Assembly (NCBI GenBank): GCA_963749495.1
Contig: CAVVMW010000006.1
Span: forward strand, 1,056,001 to 1,120,000
Length of the DNA stretch: 64,000 nucleotides
Direction of reading: 5' to 3'
Source of the DNA: an uncultured bacterium
GTDB lineage: Bacteria > Verrucomicrobiota > Verrucomicrobiia > Limisphaerales > UBA8199
In this document: piece by piece, positions 33,301 through 42,658 of the stretch
How the letters are laid out: each line of letters starts with the position of its first letter
How positions within the stretch are numbered: position 1 is the first letter of the stretch
Notes under the pieces: model-generated
Told to the model about the DNA's origin: nothing
Seen by the model: the letters and a program-made list of their open reading frames with translations, nothing else
The model's database searches: none
Made by a program: the position numbers and the translations under genes

Positions 33301-33560
33301 TCTATGAAATCGGCAGCCCGCTCTACGCTAAAATCGCGCTCCATTTCTCAGAGCACCACTACGGCGGCAAGACCTTCACTATCGTGGCCCGGAACTCCTC
33401 ACGGCAGAACCGGTTCATCCAATCCGCCCGGCTTAACGGCCAGCCCCTGAACCGCTGGTGGATTCGGCAGAAAGAAGTCGTGCAAGGGGGACAATTGGAG
33501 CTCGAACTCGGTCCCACCCCTGACACGGAATGGGCTGGGACGTGCCTCCCGCCGGACTGA
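30321..33560 (+). CDS. GH92 alpha-mannosidase with an extra N-terminal beta-sandwich domain
   Basis: GPWMPFSMVKISPDN, FSHIH, TYEYAYD, FVEGNAWQYTWFVPQD, GNQP, GDEDQGQMSAWFV. Confidence 0.93.
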   Translation: MAFHMTTGTLHPVHEAPRSFRPSIKGTLLGSAILAALAVSLAGHAAEPLEPLWRVGQADQRATEFALAPTNYTAFLQRFGSPDQAYYVGLSRPENDWPYILPGPLDGWGGSSGNGRWDQMNTLPVGFVLAQTAATGQCALAINVAETPPQHPPRLRVTVNGAVFEEELRPGGSDDSPRGNMISAKPQVVRVEFPASMLRLGYNEIALRITAGSWLMFDSLRLETPAEFRLAPAASTIIRSVSTAPYAVSDNKESPATLRVELFRAGSRGKLKVEMDHGETQEPEIEPGLQVLELPAPASPPGEMTRVRLSSDGQSLGETRLALRASALATPADYVDVFKGTAHSRWMIAPGPWMPFSMVKISPDNQTQGWCAGYEYSIEAINCFSHIHEWTMAGLGMMPTAGPLRTKPGLDGAGYSSRFDKATERGGIGFYEVLLKDSGIRVELSATTRASLQRYTFPASDQARVLFDFLIPAEYQMHVLGAEARRTGPAEISGTIRTAVPELPYNGDQHYDLHFVAQFNRPFDSLGGWQGQRVVTNAQDLKESGHCGAFAEFKTGAGEKVLVRTGISLVSVANARLNLEQEMAQPFGWDFAAVVSNQRCVWNQLFDRVEITTSDAREKSRFYSNLYRALSGRNTWSDANGQWTDPDGRRQKLDDPDTVMLGSDALWTTFWNLNQVMNLLAPEWSARWTKSELQLYDKCGWLSKGPGGLKYISVMVAEHEIPLMVAACQHGVKGLDARKVLEAALKMQTRLPQLYPAGGAVGNENLENYLKYGYVAEDGPVVQGPVKGEWRKSWCSNTYEYAYDNWCVAQLALALGRKDIADQFLKRSRSWRNVFDPETGFARPRKANGQWVTPFDPYRTPGFVEGNAWQYTWFVPQDVPGLVEAMGRDRFISRLTEAFEKSAPTRFNAAGERFADYPINQGNQPTMHAAWLFNWAGKPRMSQEWVRAVLGAYYGHNPADAYLGDEDQGQMSAWFVMSSLGLFQTDGGCRVSPIYEIGSPLYAKIALHFSEHHYGGKTFTIVARNSSRQNRFIQSARLNGQPLNRWWIRQKEVVQGGQLELELGPTPDTEWAGTCLPPD

Positions 33561-33570
33561 CCGTTGCCGG

Positions 33571-34950
33571 CTATCCCAGCCGCCGCTGGAGTTCCTCCAG
33601 CGAGAGGCCTTTGGTCTCGGGAAAGAACATCAGCACCAGGACGAACTGGGCAGCCATCATCGCGGCGAAAAAGGCGAAGGCATAAGCTCCCGAGGCGCCC
33701 GCCACCACCGGGAACGACCAACTGACTCCCAGGTCCAGCACCCACAACAGAATGCAGGCCGCCGCCGAACCGGAGGCGCGCACGGCGTTGGGAAGCACTT
33801 CGTTGATGCAGACCCAGACGACGGCCCCCTGCGAGTAGGCGTGCGAACCCACGATGCCCATCATGGCCGCAAGGACAATCCAGCCGTGAGCGTGGGTCTG
33901 GAACACCCAGGCCGCCAGGCCATGGGAAATCATGAATGTGATGGAGCCGGCCAGCAGCAGGGCTTTGCGGCCCACGCGATCGATGAGCGCCATCGCCACC
34001 AGCGTCATGACCAAATTAGTCGCCCCGACCATCACTGACAACATCAGGGCGCTGTTCTTGTCCGAGCCGGTCATGCGGAAAATGTCGGCCGTGTAGTAAG
34101 TCACGGCGTTGATGCCATCGAGTTGGTTGAAGGCCGCTATCATGAAGGCGAGCAGCAACGGCTTGAGGTACTTGCGCTGGAAGAGCCGTTGATGAGCGCC
34201 AGCCATCTCCTCCCGAAGCGAGGCCTCGATTTCCCCCAACTCGGCTGCCGGCTCGCCATGGCCCAACCGGACCAGCACGGCCCTGGCTTCGGTGGACCGC
34301 CCCTTCTTAACGAGCCAGCGCGGGCTTTCCGGAATCACGGCCGCCGCCAGCACAAAGACCACCGAGGGAACCGTCATGACGCCGAACATCCACCGCCATA
34401 CAGCGGGATTGTCAGCGCCCACCAGCCGGGCCACGACGTAGTTGGAAAAATAGGACAGTAGAACACCGATAACGATATTCAACTGGCTGACCGCAACCAG
34501 CACCCCGCGCCGATGTGCCGGGGCGATCTCGGTGATATAAACCGGACAGACGACCGACGCAGCCCCAACGGCCACACCCCCCAGCCAGCGGAACACCAGC
34601 AAGGCGTACCAACTCCACGCCCCGGCACAGCCGACCGAGGAGACCAGAAACAACCCCGCCAGCAACCCCAGCACGCGGCGACGCCCCCACCAGTCCGCCG
34701 GGCGCCCCGCCAGGAGCGCGCCGGCCATCGTGCCAAACAGCGCGCTGGACACGGTGAATCCGAGCGTGTTGTCGTTCAGCTCGAAGACCGTCCGCAACGA
34801 CGCCGTGGTGCCGGAAATGACCGCTGTGTCGAATCCGAACAGGAATGAGCCCAACGAAGCCAGGAGAGCGCTCGCGAGCAACCTGCCGCTGCCGGCCCCG
34901 GCTTGGGGCGGTTGGAGTTCGTTCTCGCGGTGGAGCGCGCTGGTCGCCAT
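33571..34950 (-). CDS. Sugar porter family MFS transporter
   Basis: FLFGFDTAVISG, GRR, YITEIAPA..RG, PESPRWL, QLDGINA, DRVGRK, PETKG.SLE. Confidence 0.95.
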   Translation of the reverse strand: MATSALHRENELQPPQAGAGSGRLLASALLASLGSFLFGFDTAVISGTTASLRTVFELNDNTLGFTVSSALFGTMAGALLAGRPADWWGRRRVLGLLAGLFLVSSVGCAGAWSWYALLVFRWLGGVAVGAASVVCPVYITEIAPAHRRGVLVAVSQLNIVIGVLLSYFSNYVVARLVGADNPAVWRWMFGVMTVPSVVFVLAAAVIPESPRWLVKKGRSTEARAVLVRLGHGEPAAELGEIEASLREEMAGAHQRLFQRKYLKPLLLAFMIAAFNQLDGINAVTYYTADIFRMTGSDKNSALMLSVMVGATNLVMTLVAMALIDRVGRKALLLAGSITFMISHGLAAWVFQTHAHGWIVLAAMMGIVGSHAYSQGAVVWVCINEVLPNAVRASGSAAACILLWVLDLGVSWSFPVVAGASGAYAFAFFAAMMAAQFVLVLMFFPETKGLSLEELQRRLG

Positions 34951-35186
34951 GCCTGGCACGACCTTAGCCGACCCCGGCGAGCAAAGGCAAGCTGGACGCG
35001 GCAGGGCTGCCCGCCTCTGCCTGCTTCTGCACAATGGCTGAAACACGAGGCCTGCCATTTCCCTCAGCTTTGTCGGTGAAGTCCGAATCCATGTGCGCCA
35101 ATCCGAGGAAGGCCCTGGCGATTTTCTCAACTCCCTCCCTGGTCAATCTGGTTCTCAGCTTGCGGCCGCTGATCCTGCGCGGATAT

Positions 35187-35282
35187 TTGAATCCGCCCAG
35201 CGCCATCGCAGACACCTCCTGGATCAAGCCCGGCAAGACCTCCTGGGATTGGTGGAACGGGTCCCAGGCCAGGGGCGTGGCG
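35187..35282 (+). pseudogene. GH97 glycoside hydrolase fragment
   Basis: LNPPSAIADTSWIKPGKTSWDWW. Confidence 0.7.
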
Positions 35283-35347
35283 CGGTGGACGGGCACGACG
35301 GTCTGGGTCCGCCCAGCGGTCATCAGACAGGCCCCGCTGTTCCTCGG

Positions 35348-35914
35348 CGAACGTTTGCCGGGCAGATACGGGCTGTCCAGGCGCTTGGCCATGACGCCTT
35401 CCAAACCCAGGCGCATGGCCTGCGCGAAAAGCTGGCACCCGTGGGTACGCACTCCTTCGGGCACCAGGACCCCCGGCAGCGGGAACCGCGCGATGAAAGC
35501 TTGCAGCGCCTCGCGCCGAAGGCTGAAGGGCGAGGCCATGAGCCACTTGCCCTTCAGATAAAGCAAATCGAAAACCATGTAGGTCGCCGGGCTGATGCGG
35601 CTCACAAACTCGATCCGCTGGCGGTTTTCCAGGAGCGCTCGCTGTTGGACCTGCCGCAACGATGGCCTGCCTTCCTCCAACACCACCAACTCCCCGTCCA
35701 GGACAGTGCCTGAGGGCAGCTGCTCCAGGCAGGCCAACTCGGGGAACTGGAACGTGAGGTCCAACCCGCGGCGGCTCTGCAACCGAACCCGCCCGGCTTC
35801 GACCAGGGCCAGGCACCGGATGCCGTCCCACTTGATCTCAAACACATGGTCTTGGGAATCAAACGGGGCCTGGGCCTTCTGCGCGAGCATGGGGGCAAGA
35901 ACGGGGGCCAGCAT
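35348..35914 (-). pseudogene. ligD: ATP-dependent DNA ligase (LigD/LigC-type) adenylation domain, C-terminally truncated
   Basis: FEIKWDGIR, VLDGELV, VFDLLY, GLEGVMAKR..SPYLPGKRS; WxKxK and the OB domain are missing. Confidence 0.88.
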
Positions 35915-35917
35915 ATT

Positions 35918-36415
35918 TCAGTTGCGGATTCGGCGCAGCCAGGGCCGGATCAGGAACGAGAACGCCTCGGCCTTTTTCACTTTGCTGAGCAACAGCCCGG
36001 GCCTGCCCGCCGGCCAGATGAAGCTCACCTGAAAATACGCGCCGTGGCCAACCACGCCCAGGCAGTCCCTCTGGACGGGAGGCCCCAGCGCCCGGACGAT
36101 CTCGTGCATTTCCGAGCGGAGTTGCCTCCGGAGCAGGTCGTCGGCCCAGGCATCGCGCTTGGGCGCCGGTTTGGTCAAGAGCAGGTAGGTTTGAGCGGCC
36201 AGGGTTGCGCGCAGCCGAACCTCCCAGACCTGGTGGTAGGGCTGCTTCTCGACGGAGCTGACCCGGAACCCGATATGGGTGAGCCGCTGTTTGAGCAGCT
36301 CATGGTAGAAAAAGTCGCCGGAGTGATAATAGGCCCCGCACCGGCTCAGGATCTTTTCCAGGGCCTTATCGTTGACTGGCGGCGAGCAGGCGGGTGAAAT
36401 CACGGGCCGTTTCAT
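35918..36415 (-). CDS. Hypothetical protein between ku and ligD
   Basis: 165 aa; its stop lies 3 nt before the ligD ATG; a similar segment occurs at about 63190-63350. Confidence 0.7.
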   Translation of the reverse strand: MKRPVISPACSPPVNDKALEKILSRCGAYYHSGDFFYHELLKQRLTHIGFRVSSVEKQPYHQVWEVRLRATLAAQTYLLLTKPAPKRDAWADDLLRRQLRSEMHEIVRALGPPVQRDCLGVVGHGAYFQVSFIWPAGRPGLLLSKVKKAEAFSFLIRPWLRRIRN

Positions 36416-36498
36416 GGGCGCGGGTCCAACGCGGGAGGCCGGAGCCGACCTCCCGAGCGGGGTGCGTTAAGCTGGCGGGTTGAGGGGACCGACCTGGT

Positions 36499-36905
36499 TC
36501 ACGCGGCCAGCGCTAGTCGCTTGCGCCCGTTCCTGCGCAGCACCGGCTGGGGCGTCGCCTCGGCTTGCGCCACGCTCTGCCGCAGCGCCTCCATCAGGCT
36601 GGCGACCTGGCCGGCCGGGCTGCGCGGCACCAGCACCGGGGCGGTGCCCTCGACCTTGGCCTTGATCAGGTCCAGCACCGCAGCCTGGTAGCGGTCCGCG
36701 AAGTTAGCCAGGTTCAACGCGCCGGACTTGCTCTCGATGAGCCGCCGGGCGAGCACCACCTGGGCGGCATCCGCCGAACGCTCGGCAACGTCCTCGAAGC
36801 AGGCGGCGGCGGGCCGGACCTCGGCCACGGACCGCAGCGTGAAGCAGACAAAGCCCTTGCCCAGGGGCTTCAGGGCCAGCGGGGTTTCCTTGCCGCCGAA
36901 CACCT
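36499..36905 (-). pseudogene. ku: Ku (NHEJ) protein, C-terminal half
   Basis: [46 protein letters not shown] and a basic tail. Confidence 0.85.
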
Positions 36906-37048
36906 GCCCGAACCCATCCCGATGCGCAATCGCCGGCCAGCTCGTATTCGCCGCGCGGACTTCTTGAGCTTGGTCCAGGTCGCGCCGGTACTCGTTGCTG
37001 CCCCAGGCCACGGTGGGAGCCAGGAACTTCTTGAGTTCGGCTTTGAGG

Positions 37049-37215
37049 CCGGTTGGCTTTCGCCGCTGCCAGCAACGTCGTCCCTGAGCCTGCGAACGGG
37101 TCCAGAACAGTGTCCCCGACAAAACTGAACATGCGCACGAGTCGTGAGGCTAGCTCAAGTGGGTAGGGTGCCGGATGCTCCAGGGTGCTTGCGCCGGTGA
37201 GTTTCCAGGTCTGCT
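37049..37215 (-). pseudogene. Diverged duplicate fragment of the DNA methyltransferase
   Basis: Aligns to 25468-25634 with scattered substitutions; [17 protein letters not shown]. Confidence 0.9.
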
Positions 37216-37423
37216 ATCGCCCCGGCGCGCTTCACGGGGGTCTGTGACCGGGGTCAATTGGATCCGCCTGGGACTGACCACCGGCCGGGAACACAACGCG
37301 CGCACCAGTCGGGAGTCCCATTTGGCCCGGGCGGTTTCCGGCCTCGTGCCTTCCGGTTGTGCTTGGCTTCTTCGCAAATGCCTCGTACACCGAGGCAAAC
37401 GCTATGCTCGAACCAAATTCACT

Positions 37424-38753
37424 ATGAACTCAAACGCGTCGTTGACCTCCTCCGCTACCAGCCGCCGAAGCTTCCTCAAGACCTCCGCCGCGCTGGCGAG
37501 CGCGGCCACTCTCGGCCAGCTTGGCATTGAACGCGGTGCTCACGCCACCGGAAGCGATACCATCCGGATCGGCCTCATCGGTTGCGGCGGACGCGGCACC
37601 GGGGCTGCCCGCAATGCCCTGAACGCGGGCAAAGACATCCGCCTGGTTGCGCTGGCCGACATCTTCGACGAACGCCTCACGGCCGGCCTGCAGCAACTCA
37701 AAAACGCAAGGCCGGACCAGGTCGAAGTGAAGGACGACCATTGCTTCATCGGCTTCGACGCTTACCAGCGGCTCATCGGCAGCGGGGTGGACGTCGTCTT
37801 GATCGCCCCCGCCTCCCATTTCATTCCGGTCATGCTCCAGGCCGCCGTGACCGCCGGCAAACACGTCTTCTGTGAAAAGCCGCACGGCATCGACATGCCT
37901 GGGCTCGAAGATCTCCGTGGCCGCGTGCGAGGCGGCGAAAGCCAGGGGGTTAAGCCTCGTGTCGGGCCTCTGCTGGCGCTACGACCTCGGTGTGCGCGAG
38001 ACGATGAAACGCGTTCACGACGGAGCCATTGGCGACATCGTCGCCATCCAGGAAACTTACGTCAGCACGCCCTATATCGTGCGCGACCGCCGTCCGGGCC
38101 AGAGCGAAATGGAATACCAGATGTGGAATTGGTACCACTTCAACTGGCTCTCGGGCGACCAGACCGCCCAGCAGCTCATTCACAGCCTGGACAAAGCCTC
38201 CTGGGCGCTGGGAGACAAGCCTCCCAAGCAGGCCTGGGGCATGGGAGGACGCCAAACCTGCCTCGCCCCGAAATACGGAGACCAGTTTGACCATCAGTGC
38301 GTCATCTTCGAGTATGAAAACGGCGCGCGGGTGTATGGCTTTTGCCGTGACCAGGATGCCTGTTACAGCAAGACCGCCGACTATATTCTCGGCGCCAAGG
38401 GCCGGTGCAACCTTATAGATTGCACCATCCAGGGAGAGCAGCGCTGGCATTACGACGGGCCGCGCCCGGACTTCTACGACAACGAGCACCGGGAGCTTTT
38501 CGACTCGATCCGCTCGGGCAAACCCATCAACAACGGGCATTACATGTGCCTCAGCAGCGCACTGGCGATCGTGGCCCAGATGGCCTGCTACAGTGGCCAG
38601 TTCGTTCTTTGGGAGGAGGCCGTGCAATCCAAAAGGTCCTTCTCGCTGCCCCGTTACGGTTGGGATGTGGAGCCGCCTCTCAAGCCCGACCCCGATGGCC
38701 GTTATTCCACGGCGATGCAGGGCCAGGCCGAAATGGACAAATGGCAGATGTAA
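37424..38753 (+). CDS. Tat-signal Gfo/Idh/MocA oxidoreductase; frameshift near 37900
   Basis: SRRSFLK, IRIGLIGCGGRGTGA, HVFCEKP, NWYHFNWLSGD, HSLD. Confidence 0.88.
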
Positions 38754-38910
38754 CGCTGCCGGCAATGCCCTGACATTTATGCACACAAAGCCTTACTAAA
38801 TATACCCTTGCAGTTTATGAGATGACGTCATCAAAACCGTTTTACGGACGGAGTTTCCTTCAACGGGCGCCTTGCCGTCAACCGCCGAGTCGCCGATTCG
38901 CTCTGGAAGG

Positions 38911-38957
38911 TGGTGGAGCCGACAGGGCTTGAACCTGCCACCTTCGAATATGCCAGC
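38911..38957 (-). tRNA. tRNA 3'-half remnant (Ala-like); not a complete tRNA
   Basis: Minus strand GCAGG-TTCAAGC-CCTGT T-arm, then CGGCTCCACCA; no 5' half or D-arm. Confidence 0.7.
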
Positions 38958-38963
38958 TTGAAC

Positions 38964-39176
38964 ATGAATGCCAAATGTCCCAACGCAAAAACCGTGAACG
39001 CGCAACGCTGCACCTGCACCTACGCGGGCTGCCCCAGGCACGGACACTGCTGTGATTGCCTGCACTACCACTTGAGCGAGCGCCAACTCCCGGCGTGCTG
39101 CTTTCCGCCCGAGGTCGAACGCACTTACGACCGCAGCTTCGAGCGGTTTGCCCAATGCGTGAGCGGGCGCGCGTGA
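38964..39176 (+). CDS. Small Cys-rich protein (DUF6485-like)
   Basis: CTCTY..CPRHGHCCDCLHYH...QLPACCFP..ERTYDRS. Confidence 0.8.
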   Translation: MNAKCPNAKTVNAQRCTCTYAGCPRHGHCCDCLHYHLSERQLPACCFPPEVERTYDRSFERFAQCVSGRA

Positions 39177-39486
39177 CGGTTCTCGGGGCGCCCGGCCCAA
39201 TCGGCATCGCGCTGATGGGCCACAAGCTCCGCCAGCAGGCCGACGAGTGGCCAGCGCCGCCCGGAGCCGCCCCGACCAACGTGATGGCCCCGACCATGGC
39301 GGGACCGACGGCACGGGTTTTACGACCCTGCATAGCTTCACTTCGTTGCCATACCGAATGACTTGGTTCGATCCAGGCGCGGGTCTAACTGTTACTGGTC
39401 CAGAAACGTAGGTTGGAGAAATGCTGACAGAAGTCCACGTAGAGGGGTTACTGAGCAATCCGTGGGATGCACTACAGAGGGACGGC

Positions 39487-39526
39487 CCCTCACCCCGGCC
39501 CTCTCCCCATCCGATGGGGAGAGGGA
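39487..39526 (+). repeat. CCCTCACCCC-family palindromic repeat
   Basis: ccctcaccccggccctctccccatccgatggggagagggag. Confidence 0.85.
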
Positions 39527-39539
39527 GCATGCTTGGTTG

Positions 39540-40055
39540 CCGCAGCCTGTAGGGCAAGTTGACGACCGGGTAATAAGCCTAACATCCCGGTCGTTATGCC
39601 AGCCCTCGCCTGCGCCGACGGTTACCGTCCCTGGGAGCATCACCGGTCCTCCGTTGAAGGTGACTGTCACTGTGCGGGTTTGCCACATTTTTGGCCCCGT
39701 GCCCAGGGGATCAACCAGATTCACCGGGGCACCCCCCACGTAGGCGTAAAGGTTGGCCGAACCGCTGGAAAAACCGACTGGGTCACGCGCCGTCCAGCGT
39801 CAAGTTGCCGACTTCGTCATAGGCATACTGCGTGGCCTGACCGTTGAGCGTGCGCGTGGCAAGGTCTCCGTTGGCCGTGTAGGCATAATCGGCATTGACA
39901 ATGGACGATTGACGATGCACCAACCGGTCCTGGACATCATAGGTGGAGATTTCCTGTTGCGCGCTTCGAGTGGCGTTCGTGCAGTTGCCGTTGGCGTCAT
40001 AGCTGTAGCTCGCCGTTGTCGCGCCATTCTGCGTGACGTTGGTTAGCCGGCCTGC
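39540..40055 (-). pseudogene. RHS/YD-repeat protein remnant
   Basis: YSYDANGN, YDVQDRL, YAYDEVGNL, then DPVGF..NLYAYVGGAPVNLVDPLG in another frame. Confidence 0.85.
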
Positions 40056-40386
40056 CAAGCCTAGCCGATGCTGCATTCACGGTCTCCGGATAGGATGCCC
40101 CCGAGGATCACCATGCACGCCGGCCGAGTCGAAACGCTGGTCCGATAGGATAGATCTGGTAGCACCAGTGTATGGATTTGGTTGACTGCTGCAAAACATG
40201 TCGGACGAAACCGTGGATTTAGGCCAATACTGATGGATTTGTCGGCGAGATGCGCCGGATCCAGGTGCCATGGCGGCCAATCTGCTCCGACAGCCTCTCC
40301 TGCACGTCCCCGGCGGAATAGTTACGAATTTTGGTTGAGCAAAGCGCGCAGTTTTGGTATCCGACGAGTTGAGTGAATGGCCGAAT

Positions 40387-41373
40387 ATGAACGAAGCATC
40401 GGGCATGGGGCGTCGCGAGAGCTTGGTCGGGGAGCTGCGGGGCTGCTGGGAACGGCTGCCGAACAAGGGGCTGTTCGTGACGTTGCTGGCCGGGTGGGCG
40501 GCGTTGTTCCACTTCGCGGGCAACTCGACGCTGGGCTACGTGCGTTCGCGGTCGTTGTTCGCGTTCATGCTCGATGCGTATGGTGAGCTTTTGGTGGTCC
40601 CGTTGGTGGTGCTGGGGCTGTATTGGTGGAAGCGGAAAGAACTGATGGGGCTGACGCTGGGGTTGTGGCCGCCGGGACTGCTGCTGATCGGCCTGGCGGC
40701 GGCGCTACACGTGTTCGCGTTCCTGGTGCAGCAGCCCAAATTGTCCATCCTCGCCATGTTGGCGGGGCTTTACGGAGTGATGGGGCTGGCCTGGGGAGCG
40801 GCGTGGCTGAGGCGCGGTTTTTCCCCGTTTTTCCTGCTGGTCTTTTGCGTGCCGCTGGGCGAGGTGGCGCAGCCGGTGACGTTTCATCTGCGGCTGCTGA
40901 CTTGCCAGTTGGTGGACTTTGTGGCCAACTATCTGCTGGCCATTGACGTGCAGCGGCAGGGCACGGCGCTGATGAACCAGGCCGGCCACTACCAGTACCA
41001 GGTGGAAGCGGGGTGCAGCGGGATGCACAGCCTGATAGCGACGGTGGGATTGGCGCTGGTGTTTGCGTTCGTCTGGTTTCGGGCGTGGTGGAAGCGGGCG
41101 GCGCTGGTGGCGGTGGCGTTTCCGTTGGCGGTGCTGGGCAACCTGGCGCGGATGCTGGCGATCATCATCGCGGCGGAGATGGGCGGCCAGGCGGCCGGAA
41201 ACAAGGTCCACGAGGGCGGTCCGCTGGGTGTCTATAGCCTGATGCCCTACGCGCTGGCGTTCGCGGGCCTGTCGCTGGCGGGGCACTGGCTGCGGGAACG
41301 CCCCGCCGAGAATGGCGAATCCGGCGGCCCTGAGCCGGAGGGCAAGACGACATGGACCGAACCAAATGGATAA
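40387..41373 (+). CDS. Exosortase/archaeosortase family protein
   Basis: Multi-TM; VEAGCSG (Cys), GNLAR (Arg), VHEG (His) triad. Confidence 0.9.
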   Translation: MNEASGMGRRESLVGELRGCWERLPNKGLFVTLLAGWAALFHFAGNSTLGYVRSRSLFAFMLDAYGELLVVPLVVLGLYWWKRKELMGLTLGLWPPGLLLIGLAAALHVFAFLVQQPKLSILAMLAGLYGVMGLAWGAAWLRRGFSPFFLLVFCVPLGEVAQPVTFHLRLLTCQLVDFVANYLLAIDVQRQGTALMNQAGHYQYQVEAGCSGMHSLIATVGLALVFAFVWFRAWWKRAALVAVAFPLAVLGNLARMLAIIIAAEMGGQAAGNKVHEGGPLGVYSLMPYALAFAGLSLAGHWLRERPAENGESGGPEPEGKTTWTEPNG

Positions 41374-42077
41374 GCCTGGCGGCGGCGCTGGCGATAATGG
41401 CTGCCACGATGGGGACATTGGCCTACGCGCGGGCCCACCAGAGACTGGGCCGGCCTGGGGTCAAGACCAGCCCGCTGGCCGACGGCCGGCGGATGCACGT
41501 GGAGTTGCCGGAGCAGGTGCTGGACTACAGCTCGCGCGAGCTGGAGATGGACAAAGTGGTGGTGGATTTTCTGCCGCCCGACACGAGCTTCGGACAGCGG
41601 TTCTACACCGCGCCGGACCGTTTCCAGGTTCGCGCCAGTGTGGTGCTGATGGGGGCGGACCGGACGAGCCTGCACAAACCGGAGTATTGCCTTGTCGGGT
41701 CGGGGTGGCGGATAGACGAGGGCAAATCGGCGGAGGAAAAGGTGCGGATCGAGCGGCCGCGGCCCTACGATTTGCCGGTGATGAAACTGGTGACGACGAT
41801 GGCCAACTCGGGCCAGGACGCCAGCGCCGGGTCGCGGGCGCTGTATGTTTATTGGTTCGTGGCCGACGGGGAGTACACGGCGCGGCATTCGCAACGGATG
41901 TGGTGGATGGCGCGGGACCTCTTGCGCACCGGAGTGCTGCAACGGTGGGCCTATGTGGCCTGCCTGGCCACCTGCCCCCCGGGCGAGGAAGGGCCGACTT
42001 TCGAGCGGATGAAGAAGTTCATCGCCGCGGCGGTCCCGCAGTTCCAGTTGACGCCGGGCGTTCGGCCCGGGCCATGA
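41352..42077 (+). CDS. epsI: Exosortase-associated EpsI family protein
   Basis: One N-terminal [25 protein letters not shown]. Confidence 0.85.
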   Translation: MDRTKWISLAAALAIMAATMGTLAYARAHQRLGRPGVKTSPLADGRRMHVELPEQVLDYSSRELEMDKVVVDFLPPDTSFGQRFYTAPDRFQVRASVVLMGADRTSLHKPEYCLVGSGWRIDEGKSAEEKVRIERPRPYDLPVMKLVTTMANSGQDASAGSRALYVYWFVADGEYTARHSQRMWWMARDLLRTGVLQRWAYVACLATCPPGEEGPTFERMKKFIAAAVPQFQLTPGVRPGP

Positions 42078-42243
42078 TCAAGCTCACCTCGCCGGGGCCG
42101 GTGTTCAAGCTCAGCGCGGACCCGCGGGTGAGGAGGTTGGGGCGGGGGTTGCGCAAGTTCAGCGTGGACGAGTGGCCGCAGTTGGTCAACGTGCTGCGCA
42201 GGGAGATGAGCCTGGTGGGGCGGCGGCCACTGCCCGTGTATTT
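42074..42243 (+). pseudogene. Priming sugar transferase remnant, internally deleted
   Basis: [41 protein letters not shown]. Confidence 0.8.
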
Positions 42244-42317
42244 GCGGGAAAGGCTCCACGACTCACCGCGCTCCCAGGTCTCTAAATGTGAACGGGTTTA
42301 CATCTCGGTTTCACATG

Positions 42318-42600
42318 TCCATTGGTTTAAGCGGTTGTGTTTGCCTGACGATTATGCGGCGGCCACCGTAGAAACCATTTGCAATGAGTTTCTGGTGCTG
42401 CCTGCGAAACTGGCCAAGCACGGAAGCCGGAATGTGCTGCAGCTTCCCAGCGATTATCACCACCGCGAGATTTTCCTGGAGGCCGTCCGGAAGATCGAGG
42501 CGCTGTGGTTCCCCGAACTGGCGGAGGGAGAAAAACTCGGTCTTGTGAGTAGCCGCCGATAGAAATGTGCGATTTTTCGGGAGTTTCACCGAACTCCGGC
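42318..42600 (+). mobile_element. IS1380-like transposase C-terminal remnant
   Basis: [24 protein letters not shown]...LQLP. Confidence 0.6.
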
Positions 42601-42658
42601 ACCGGCGGTGCCTTTTTGAGATTGACTGACAAGTCTTGAGCTTTATACACTCACTGCC

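Noticed and set aside
34964..35347. C-terminal part of the 316-aa ligase ORF as a new domain
   Set aside because: Read-through into unrelated debris, including an antisense GH97 fragment.
7502..38753. Programmed frameshifting or true pseudogenes in leuA, the aminopeptidase, E1-alpha, the Gfo gene and the LamG protein
   Set aside because: Isolated single-base indels in otherwise conserved genes, several at homopolymer runs, are best explained as sequencing error; raw reads are needed.
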